A stretch of 64,000 bases of DNA from a virus: IMG/VR virus record IMGVR_UViG_3300044461_000051, positions 737-64,736 of that record; one strand, written 5' to 3'. The translations under genes were made by a program, and so were the position numbers. Positions 54,131 to 62,287 of this stretch are shown piece by piece; position 1 is the first letter of the stretch, and each line of letters starts with the position of its first letter. The notes under the pieces were generated by a model. It was not told where the DNA came from. It worked only from the letters and a program-made list of their open reading frames with translations, and did not search any database.

Positions 54131-54592
54131 TTACGCCGCCGGCATCAGCGTGTAGGGTGTAATCTTGACGTAGATGTGCGAAGCAGAACCAGTAATCGTC
54201 ACGCCGCTCTTATTCTCGATATAGAAATGCGCTTTCAGCGCGCCACGCAAATCGACATCAATAGTGACACGCTGTTCTTCGTCGGTGTCGTACAACGGAA
54301 ACGCTCCAACCCACTCAGACGACTCAACGTCAGAGCCAGTCGGTGTACTGGTATCGTCGGACGTACTGTCTACATCCTGCCTTACCATGAACAGGTTAAC
54401 GACCGACAAATTCGTTGGAGCCGCACCGAACGTACCGGGATTATTAAAAGTGGCCAGCGCACGAGGATACTTATCCGTGCTGTTATCCAACATGGCCGTA
54501 CCTCCGGCCACGCTGTTGGATGTAAGGTCTGACGTCAGATCGATGACGGTCGTCGACGCCGCCGCGAATTTTAGTTGCGCTTCGCCGGCCAT
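54131..54592 (-). CDS. Virion-associated hypothetical protein
   Basis: Beta-rich; operonic. Confidence 0.6.
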   Translation of the reverse strand: MAGEAQLKFAAASTTVIDLTSDLTSNSVAGGTAMLDNSTDKYPRALATFNNPGTFGAAPTNLSVVNLFMVRQDVDSTSDDTSTPTGSDVESSEWVGAFPLYDTDEEQRVTIDVDLRGALKAHFYIENKSGVTITGSASHIYVKITPYTLMPAA

Positions 54593-54601
54593 GTTCGATC
54601 C

Positions 54602-55087
54602 TTACAGATTCAGCGCGTTGGATACATCATCGACCGACACAGTGCCGACATACGCTCTATCGAGCGCCGATACCGTACCTTCTACTCGCACCGTGCCTCC
54701 AAGATACTCCTCGCCGCGCAACGCCGTTTCGATCCCGGCTTTAAGCACGCCCTCCGATGCGCTGTTCGCCGTCACGGCGCCCCAAACATCTGTCACCCAT
54801 CCGCGAACCTTGTTGCGCGTGAAATCACGCGGGCGCGATAGGAACATCGCCCACGAATCACGCTTGCCGTCCGACAGCGTGTCGAACGTCGACCACTTGC
54901 TCGCCTCGTCGATGTCAGCGACGAGCGCTTGCGTGCGCCATGCGTCCGTTGTGCCGGCAACATTCAACCACGCCGCGAGTTGATTGTCGGCGCGCGTCGC
55001 TGGCGTGCGCCACTGCACGACGTTCGGATCGGTTTCCGCGTCGATCGCCGCGCGCAGTGTTACCAGTTGTTCGGGTGACAGTGCCAT
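54602..55087 (-). CDS. Conserved phage hypothetical protein (MALSPEQLVTLRAAI)
   Basis: Recurrent phage N-terminus; operonic. Confidence 0.65.
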   Translation of the reverse strand: MALSPEQLVTLRAAIDAETDPNVVQWRTPATRADNQLAAWLNVAGTTDAWRTQALVADIDEASKWSTFDTLSDGKRDSWAMFLSRPRDFTRNKVRGWVTDVWGAVTANSASEGVLKAGIETALRGEEYLGGTVRVEGTVSALDRAYVGTVSVDDVSNALNL

Positions 55088-55090
55088 CTT

Positions 55091-55396
55091 TTACGGCGTC
55101 GGCGTGTTGGCGGCGACGGCGGCCGCGAGTTCGTTCGCCTTCGCATCGAGCGAGTTCGCGAGCGCGGCAAGTGCGACAGGATCGTTCTGCAGGTCGCGGA
55201 TCTGCTGCGCCAGCCCGGTGATCAGCGTCACAGCGGAATCGACGGTCGTGCCGATTTCGGTCACTTCTCGCGTGAGGTTGTCGAGTTCGATAGACATGGC
55301 ATCCACCTTTCGTTCAATGCGAGCGAGCGTTTCAATTACCGCACCGAGCGCGCTCACATCGCCCAAGTGGTGATAGACATCGAGGCGGAACGGCAC
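55091..55396 (-). CDS. Coiled-coil hypothetical protein
   Basis: Heptad pattern; coupled GTG start. Confidence 0.65.
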   Translation of the reverse strand: MPFRLDVYHHLGDVSALGAVIETLARIERKVDAMSIELDNLTREVTEIGTTVDSAVTLITGLAQQIRDLQNDPVALAALANSLDAKANELAAAVAANTPTP

Positions 55397-57876
55397 TACG
55401 GCCTCACGTGTCCGTTACCTTCTAGGAAGGCGTCGATCGGATTACTGATGCCCCACGCCTGCGGACAGCCGTGCAGACCGAAGCCCCTGTGCCCATGCGT
55501 CAACTGCAAGCCTCGGTCGTACCACTCACGCTGTCCTTGGAAGTACATGGCGCTCATGGGCGTGTCGGTCGGCAGCGCCTTGCTGATCTGGATCGCGCCC
55601 TCCTGTGCGGTGCCGTACACAAGACGCCCGAAGCCGATGCCCACCGACGCCGGATAGCCCGGCGCAGGATCGCCCGCCCCGACCCACTGCCGACCGGGAC
55701 GCGCAGTACCCGCCCACAGCCAGCCGTCGATCTCGGTTCCGTTCGCCCTATAGAGCGCGGGATAGCCATACCTGTTATTGCTCCACGTCGCTACCGCGAG
55801 CATGCCGCGCGGACCGAACGTGCCGTCGCTCACTGCGAACTTGACGAAGCGCGCGTTGTCGTCGATGGCGCGCGTCAGGTCCGCCGCGAGCAGATCCTCG
55901 CCCGTCGTCATGTGCCGCTTGCGGATCGCCTTCGTCGTGCGGCTGCCGTAGTAGAGCCAACCGTCGAACCGTGTCGTAGAAGAGGGCAGGTAATACAGCC
56001 CCTCCGGATTGGGCGTGGTGAACTGCGAAACGATCGCGCCGTTCATGTCGACGACGACGACGCGATTCTCCTGCCGCACGGAAATCGCAAGGTGCAGCGA
56101 TTCGAAGCCGAGTTCCACAACGTCCCACGTTTCTTTCCCTAAGAAGAACTCGGTCACGATCGCCGGCACAAGGTGCGAGTCCTTGTCAAACTTCAGCTTG
56201 ATGATGCGGTCGTTCAACGAATCACTGAGGAACGCTTCGACGCCGGTCAGGTGCGGCTTCAGGCCCATTTCGGCCGGATTCGGCGGCGCACTCTCGTCGG
56301 TGCGGAACGTGAACGAATTCCACGCCAGCCCCCAGAGCTTGCGGAAGTAGCGCGGACGCCCGGCGGGGATCTGTGACCAGTCGCCGATGAGATCGACGTT
56401 CTGCACCGTGTCGTCCCAGTGCGTCGTCGGCTTCTTGTGCCGATAGCCCGCGAGCGTGATGACCGTGCCGTCTTGCTTGATCTTACCGAACCGCTGCGGC
56501 TCGCAGAAGTAGACATTGCCGACGAAGCCCATGCCCGGCGGTGTTGCGGTGCCGACTTCAAAATGCGTCGGGCAGATCACCGTGCCGAGCCCGCGCGCCC
56601 CGTCGAGCATCTGGAAGCGCGGGCGGATCTCGGACATGTCCGAATAGAAGTAGTCCTGCTGATTGCAGGTGTTGAGGATGCGCCCCTGCTCAAGCACCGC
56701 GCGATACTTGTCGTCCTGCCGACAGATGGCAAGCTGCACCTGCGCCAGTTGATCACGACGCGGATCGGTGCTGAACGATGGGCACTCACGCAGACTGATC
56801 GGCTGCGTCACCGCCTCGAACTTGGACGGCACCATCGCGCTGACGTGGATCGGCGTCGGGTTCTCGCTGCTCGATCCCTTGTACGGATGCACCAGACCGT
56901 AGGAGCCAATGACGACCGGCATCGTTGTCGGCACGGCACCGCTGCCATCGTCGAAGAATGCCGCATAATCGTACACGGACCAGCTTGCGGGCGCCCCGGT
57001 AATCGACGTGCGATACCAGCCGCGCCTCCCCGTGACCGGCACGTCGAAGACTACCGTATTCGCCGTCGCCACCGTCGTCGTCGTGGCGACTGGTACGCCG
57101 TCGAAGGTGAGTGTGAGGGGTAAGGCGAACCCCCAAGGCGGGCGCGTCCCGCCAGCGTTGATGTTGCGCGTCGATGCCGTCATGCGCGCAAGAAGTCCCG
57201 CAGCATTGACGACAATGTACGGGATCTGGAAGCGGTCATAACGGTCGCCGGAGTAGAAGCCCGGCGCGATGATGACCTGCGTCGTGCCAACCGGCTTGAT
57301 CGTGATGACCGGCTGCGTCGGCGCAGGCGCGTCCTGTACATCAACTTCAAAGTCCACACTCGCAGTGCCGCCCGGACCTTCCGCTAGCAGCGTCCAGCGT
57401 TTGTCGAACTCGACGACCTCCTGATACGGCAGCGTGACCGGCGCATTGTTAAGCTTGATGTCAGTCGCATTCTCGACCTGCGCGTCGATCGTAACCGTGC
57501 CGCCTCCGAACGGCAGCACGTTCGGCGTGATTGTGGCATTGCTGATGCTGGGCGCGGGCGGCGCATCAGCCACAGTCGCCGCGAGGTCGGCGCTCACCGA
57601 CCCGCCCGGTCCCGAGGCGACTAGCGTCCACTGCATGCTGTCGACGATCGAACGTTGCACCGGTAGCACTACAATTTCGGTCCCGGTGAAGTCCGTTAGC
57701 GTTATGGTGTCGGCGTTGGTAACGTCCGCGCTAATCGTCACCACGCCGCCGCCGTGCGGCAGCACATCGGGCGTGACCTTGGCGTTATCAATGGTCGGCG
57801 CAGGCCATCCCGGTAAGCCTTGCGCCTCGCGCAGCGACGCCTCGATCGCTGCGATAACGCTTGCTTTCGTGCTCAT
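55396..57876 (-). CDS. Large protein with two Ig-like repeats and an NHL/beta-propeller-like C-terminus
   Basis: Two ~80-aa repeats (TP.VLP.GGG.VTI...WTL.A.GPGG); GNVYFCE, FLSDSLNDRI, PEGLYY blades. Confidence 0.65.
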   Translation of the reverse strand: MSTKASVIAAIEASLREAQGLPGWPAPTIDNAKVTPDVLPHGGGVVTISADVTNADTITLTDFTGTEIVVLPVQRSIVDSMQWTLVASGPGGSVSADLAATVADAPPAPSISNATITPNVLPFGGGTVTIDAQVENATDIKLNNAPVTLPYQEVVEFDKRWTLLAEGPGGTASVDFEVDVQDAPAPTQPVITIKPVGTTQVIIAPGFYSGDRYDRFQIPYIVVNAAGLLARMTASTRNINAGGTRPPWGFALPLTLTFDGVPVATTTTVATANTVVFDVPVTGRRGWYRTSITGAPASWSVYDYAAFFDDGSGAVPTTMPVVIGSYGLVHPYKGSSSENPTPIHVSAMVPSKFEAVTQPISLRECPSFSTDPRRDQLAQVQLAICRQDDKYRAVLEQGRILNTCNQQDYFYSDMSEIRPRFQMLDGARGLGTVICPTHFEVGTATPPGMGFVGNVYFCEPQRFGKIKQDGTVITLAGYRHKKPTTHWDDTVQNVDLIGDWSQIPAGRPRYFRKLWGLAWNSFTFRTDESAPPNPAEMGLKPHLTGVEAFLSDSLNDRIIKLKFDKDSHLVPAIVTEFFLGKETWDVVELGFESLHLAISVRQENRVVVVDMNGAIVSQFTTPNPEGLYYLPSSTTRFDGWLYYGSRTTKAIRKRHMTTGEDLLAADLTRAIDDNARFVKFAVSDGTFGPRGMLAVATWSNNRYGYPALYRANGTEIDGWLWAGTARPGRQWVGAGDPAPGYPASVGIGFGRLVYGTAQEGAIQISKALPTDTPMSAMYFQGQREWYDRGLQLTHGHRGFGLHGCPQAWGISNPIDAFLEGNGHVRP

Positions 57877-58001
57877 GCGAACCTTCTCCACAATTCAACG
57901 GCGAACAACGCGAGCGCCAAACCCACGACTCCCCATACGACGATCCCGCCGCAGTCGAATTGCTCGCGGTGTAAATCGTCGTAGAAGGGATCGTCGGCCA
58001 C
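57873..58001 (-). CDS. Small single-TM protein (42 aa)
   Basis: SD GAGGAG then GTG; GIVVWGVVGLALALFAV. Confidence 0.5.
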   Translation of the reverse strand: MADDPFYDDLHREQFDCGGIVVWGVVGLALALFAVELWRRFA

Positions 58002-58005
58002 CCGT

Positions 58006-58680
58006 CTACTCCTCGTAGATCGTCGTGCTCGTCGTGAGCTGCGGCGTGACGCCCGGCGAGATCGCCAGCGGCGTGACGCGGTACGCAACGCCGTCACCCG
58101 TCGTCGTGAGGTTGACCGCGCCACCGCCCTGCGTCGTCGAGACGGTGATGTCGTCGGTCGAAACGGTGATGACCCAATAGACCGTGCCTTCGGTGATGCC
58201 GGTCGGCAACGACGAGCCCGACGTGGCGAAAAATGTGATGCGATCATCGACCGCGACGCCGGTCAGTCCGGGAATCGTGATGGTGTCGTCGGCCTTCGCC
58301 GTGAACGGACCGAGGCGCGAACCGAGGACACCCTTGTGGAAAAGCTTAGTTGCGCCGCTGATTACCTGACCGGTCGAAAAGAAATACGCCGTCGTACTGC
58401 CGACCGTGCACTGCCCGAACGTGACCGTCGCTGCGGGCGACACTTGGTCATTGGTGACAGTGTGTCCAGCGCCCGAGCGCGCAACCGCGACACGCCCATA
58501 CCCCGTATAGGTAATCTCGTTCGCGTCCTGCGTATCCGTCTCGCCGGGGATCGCAGAGTGAAGCGCCCAATGGACACTTGTGAAGGGCGACGCGGCAGCG
58601 TTGTCCGCGATGTTCGCGATGGCTGTGGCGTTGTAGATGAGCTTGAGGAGGTCGTTTGCAAACGTGCGGCCCTTGGACAT
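58006..58680 (-). CDS. Phage fibre/baseplate-type structural protein
   Basis: NDLLKLIYN, ALHSA.PG, YGRVAVAR motifs; internal LPTGITEGTVYWV insert domain. Confidence 0.7.
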   Translation of the reverse strand: MSKGRTFANDLLKLIYNATAIANIADNAAASPFTSVHWALHSAIPGETDTQDANEITYTGYGRVAVARSGAGHTVTNDQVSPAATVTFGQCTVGSTTAYFFSTGQVISGATKLFHKGVLGSRLGPFTAKADDTITIPGLTGVAVDDRITFFATSGSSLPTGITEGTVYWVITVSTDDITVSTTQGGGAVNLTTTGDGVAYRVTPLAISPGVTPQLTTSTTIYEE

Positions 58681-58701
58681 TGGTCTTCCTTCTATGTCGG
58701 G

Positions 58702-59076
58702 TTACAAGTCAATCGGTCTGGCAATAACGGCAGACATGAATCCATCGAAGTTGCGCTGGATTTCGAAACTCCACGCCACGCTTCCGATCTGCGCGTCGCG
58801 TCCATCTCGACCGGGATCACCTTGTGGACCCGTAGCACCACGCGGTCCGGGCGGGCCCGTGTCACCTTGTGGGCCAGGCGGTCCGGGCGGTCCTTGGGAC
58901 CCAGACACGAGCAAGAGGTCCGGACCTTTAGAGATAGCGAACCCTTCACGTAGCAGAGCAGCGACACGCGTCTCGGCAACGGAAACCTCGCGACCGTCCA
59001 GAAGGTACGTTTCGCCCGTTACCGGATCACGAAGCACGCCACCGTCGCGTGGCGTTATGAGCTTGACGAAGATCAT
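58702..59076 (-). CDS. Short collagen-like protein
   Basis: About 11 Gly-X-Y triplets; ATGA-coupled. Confidence 0.7.
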   Translation of the reverse strand: MIFVKLITPRDGGVLRDPVTGETYLLDGREVSVAETRVAALLREGFAISKGPDLLLVSGSQGPPGPPGPQGDTGPPGPRGATGPQGDPGRDGRDAQIGSVAWSFEIQRNFDGFMSAVIARPIDL

Positions 59077-60536
59077 CCGTCCTTCCCGTCCTTCCCGGCT
59101 TTCACGGCGAGCCGCCAATCATCAGACGCCCCCGGCAACCCCTTCGGATTATCTGCACGCGCGATGAAGTAAGACCCGCTGCGCGTGACGCCATCACCGC
59201 GCGCGTAAGTCTTCGACGCGACAAAGACGCCACGGTCAAGAACAACGGGGGACGTGTATCGCTTCGTCACGGTCAACCCCGTTGATGTCGTGCGCGTTAC
59301 GACAATCACCCGACCCTCGTCTTCGAACGTTATGTCGAGTTTCTGCTCGCCCACTGCAATGGGCGTCCACCCAGCGTCAATTGGGTTGCGCCCCTTCAAC
59401 GGCTCAGTGTCTTTCTCAGAGTACCAAGACCCTCCTGCATGCAGCGCCCAAACCCCCGCCGAGTAAGACTTGCTGTCCTCGATCAACGGCAGCAGACGAA
59501 TTGCGATGGCATCGCGACCTTGCTCACCGGCCCGACCGTCAACGCCATTGCGCCCATCCTTGCCCCGCACGACACCCGCCTTGCGCGTAGCGCCGTCGCT
59601 CATCGTCAATACAAGATCGCCCTCGCCATCGACAACAGCAGAAAGAATCGATACCCCGTCATCTCCATCGATGCCTTTCTCGCCTCGCTCACCCTGCAAA
59701 CCTTTTTCTCCGCGCTCGCCCATCGCGCCCACGTCGCCCTTCTCACCGCGCTCGCCAACACCCATCGGGCCCACGTCGCCCTTCTCTCCGCGCTCGCCTC
59801 GCAACCCGAGTTCACCCTTCTCACCGCGCTCGCCCATCGGACCCACGTCGCCCTTCTCACCGCGCACACCTATCAGCCCTTGTTCGCCCATCGGACCCAC
59901 GTCGCCCTTCTCTCCGCGCAACCCTTGTTCCCCACGTTCGCCGCCCACTCCCTGCGCGCCCACGTCGCCCTTCTCTCCGCGCAGACCCTCGGGACCTTGC
60001 TCACCGCGCTCGCCAACACCCATCGGGCCCACGTCACCCTTCTCTCCGCGCTCACCCTTCTCGCCAACCCCTTGCGCGCCCACGTCGCCCTGCAGACCCA
60101 CGTCGCCCTTCTCACCCTTCTCGCCGCGCTCGCCAACCCCTTGCGCGCCCACGTCGCCCTTCTCTCCGCGCTCGCCCCGCTCCCCTGACACACCCTGCAG
60201 ACCCACGTCGCCCTTCTCGCCGCGCTCGCCCTTCTCGCCGCGCTCCCCACGTTCACCAACACCCTGCAGACCCACGTCGCCCTTCTCGCCGCGCTCTCCG
60301 CGCTCGCCCTTCTCGCCGCGCTCACCCGGGGCACCGTCTTTTCCCTGCGGGCCTACGGGTCCGCTAGCGCCGTCCTTGCCGTCCTTGCCATCAATCCCAC
60401 GAACGATGACAGGCGGACGGGCTTCAAGGTTAGCGATGCGCGTCGCCTGCGCCTCGATAATCTTCTCCAGCGGTGCGATCGAACGACGAACGAACCCATC
60501 CATCGCCGCGTAAATATTTTCGCTGTTATCAGGCAC
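59073..60536 (-). CDS. Long collagen-like portal-adjacent protein
   Basis: About 79 Gly-X-Y triplets; C-terminal YARGDGVT..GS domain. Confidence 0.85.
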   Translation of the reverse strand: MPDNSENIYAAMDGFVRRSIAPLEKIIEAQATRIANLEARPPVIVRGIDGKDGKDGASGPVGPQGKDGAPGERGEKGERGERGEKGDVGLQGVGERGERGEKGERGEKGDVGLQGVSGERGERGEKGDVGAQGVGERGEKGEKGDVGLQGDVGAQGVGEKGERGEKGDVGPMGVGERGEQGPEGLRGEKGDVGAQGVGGERGEQGLRGEKGDVGPMGEQGLIGVRGEKGDVGPMGERGEKGELGLRGERGEKGDVGPMGVGERGEKGDVGAMGERGEKGLQGERGEKGIDGDDGVSILSAVVDGEGDLVLTMSDGATRKAGVVRGKDGRNGVDGRAGEQGRDAIAIRLLPLIEDSKSYSAGVWALHAGGSWYSEKDTEPLKGRNPIDAGWTPIAVGEQKLDITFEDEGRVIVVTRTTSTGLTVTKRYTSPVVLDRGVFVASKTYARGDGVTRSGSYFIARADNPKGLPGASDDWRLAVKAGKDGKDG

Positions 60537-61920
60537 CGGCTGCGCTCCTATTCAAGCGGTCGATCAGCGCACGCGATTCGTCATCCGCAAGTTGCTTTGA
60601 CTTTTCCTCGTCCTGCTCCTCGTCCTGCTCTTGCTCCTCGTCCTGCTCTGCCGGCGGCGGCCCTGCGGGAGGAAAGACAGGGGCGTCGGCAGGCGGTGTG
60701 CGTTCCGCAAGCTGACCCAACTGCCACATCTGCTGCTGCATGAACGGCGCATCACCTCCGTCAACCGGCGGCAAGTTGCGACGTGCCCGTGCCTCGTTCG
60801 GCGCCATTACACCCGACCCAAGATCCTTCTGGTCGATTTCAGCTTGCGCACCCGGGTCCATTCGCAGCAGTCCGTCGAGATCAAACTCTGTGCGCAGGCT
60901 GGAGCCAAGCTCCAGCCCCTCGTCGAGCAGCGCCTCGAAGTCTTCGATGAGCGACTGCAGGCACTGCGAGTAGTAGTCCTGGTTGAGCTGGCTCGCATTG
61001 GAGAAGGTAACGTTCGTCTGCAGCCCGAGCTTGTAGGGCGGGACGTGGAAGCACCGCGCAACGTCGCTCACCGTCCAGCTAAGTTGTTCGATTAGTTGCG
61101 CATCAATCGCGGTGATCGTCATCGGCGTCCACTTCACGTCACCGGAAACAATGGCGAACTTGCCTATATTCGATCCGCTGTACCCAGTGTCGAACTTTGC
61201 CTTGATAGCAGTCGCCTGCTCTTGACTGATCGCCTGCGGAAAGATCAACAGCCCAGAGGGCATCGAGCGATTCTCAAAAAAAGCTTCAGCATTCGCTTGA
61301 ATCGCTGCACCCTGCGCAGCCGATGTGCCGCAAGCGAAGATCGGCGACACGCCGATCAACGGATGCCAAAAAGCCAGCATCCGGTCATGAATGATTTCGG
61401 ACGCCGGAACAATACGATCGTCCTCGCGCACCGCGGCAAGCCTGTCGCGACCGATGCGGTAGAACACATCCCCGTTTTCAGCGACGAGCGGCGTGGTCGT
61501 CGTCGAGTCGAGCATGTAAAGACCCGTCACCATGCCGCGCAAATCTTGCCGACGCTTCAGTGAATATGAATTGCCGTGGACAAGCTTTTGGACAATCCAG
61601 TTGCGCACGAACTGCGCCCGCGTTTCGAAATGATTCGGCTTGCGCAGCACTGAAAGGTACTGGGAGTGTTTAACCTCCTCCCATGTCTCATCGTCTTGCC
61701 GGCGCGAAAGCTTCAACCGCAGCTTGGCAATGTCATTGCTGATCAGCGAAATGCACGAATAGACGGCAGAGAATGCCAGCACCGAGTCCGTCATCGGCGG
61801 CACTAGATTGCGCTGCCAGCCGCCCGTTATGAACTCTGCATTCACGCCGTAGTTCGGCGGACGCGGACCTACCGGGCGCAACTCTTTGACGCGCTCGATA
61901 TTGAAGCCGAACAGTTTCAT
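60529..61920 (-). CDS. HK97-family portal protein
   Basis: AVYSCISLISNDIAKL, KPNHFET, HGNSY, IIHDR, GVSPI, VARCFHVPP, PNEAR. Confidence 0.93.
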   Translation of the reverse strand: MKLFGFNIERVKELRPVGPRPPNYGVNAEFITGGWQRNLVPPMTDSVLAFSAVYSCISLISNDIAKLRLKLSRRQDDETWEEVKHSQYLSVLRKPNHFETRAQFVRNWIVQKLVHGNSYSLKRRQDLRGMVTGLYMLDSTTTTPLVAENGDVFYRIGRDRLAAVREDDRIVPASEIIHDRMLAFWHPLIGVSPIFACGTSAAQGAAIQANAEAFFENRSMPSGLLIFPQAISQEQATAIKAKFDTGYSGSNIGKFAIVSGDVKWTPMTITAIDAQLIEQLSWTVSDVARCFHVPPYKLGLQTNVTFSNASQLNQDYYSQCLQSLIEDFEALLDEGLELGSSLRTEFDLDGLLRMDPGAQAEIDQKDLGSGVMAPNEARARRNLPPVDGGDAPFMQQQMWQLGQLAERTPPADAPVFPPAGPPPAEQDEEQEQDEEQDEEKSKQLADDESRALIDRLNRSAAGA

Positions 61921-62195
61921 TCTGCTTCCATGTCGCGGCGATTGTAAAAGCGCCCAGCCTCCATCTCGTCAGGAGGCGGGAAGTCATCAGCAGCGACCTT
62001 CGGCGGCTCCGGCGTCTCTACCTTCGTGACCTTCGGCGGACGACCCCGGCGCGGCTTGGGCAAGTCCACATTCGCCGCACTTCCCACAGCGACCAACAGC
62101 ACACCGTCGCGTTCCGACTTCGTGTCGAACTCTTCGTCGACCTCAAGTCGACGGCCCGCATACCTGAACGAGCGCCTTGCCTTCAATCGCATCAT
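61917..62195 (-). CDS. Small capsid-adjacent hypothetical protein
   Basis: SD AAGGAG; RRGRPPK basic patch. Confidence 0.65.
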   Translation of the reverse strand: MMRLKARRSFRYAGRRLEVDEEFDTKSERDGVLLVAVGSAANVDLPKPRRGRPPKVTKVETPEPPKVAADDFPPPDEMEAGRFYNRRDMEAE

Positions 62196-62287
62196 CGACT
62201 CCTTCACGAAAAAAACACCGGGGCGGCGTGGACAGGGAGAAGCCAGCCCCGGTGAATCACATCACGGCACCACCACCCAAAAAGAAC

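Noticed and set aside
59470-60513. 347-aa Pro/Ser-rich + strand ORF (SPRSP repeats)
   Set aside because: Antisense mirror of the collagen Gly codons; no RBS and opposite to the operon
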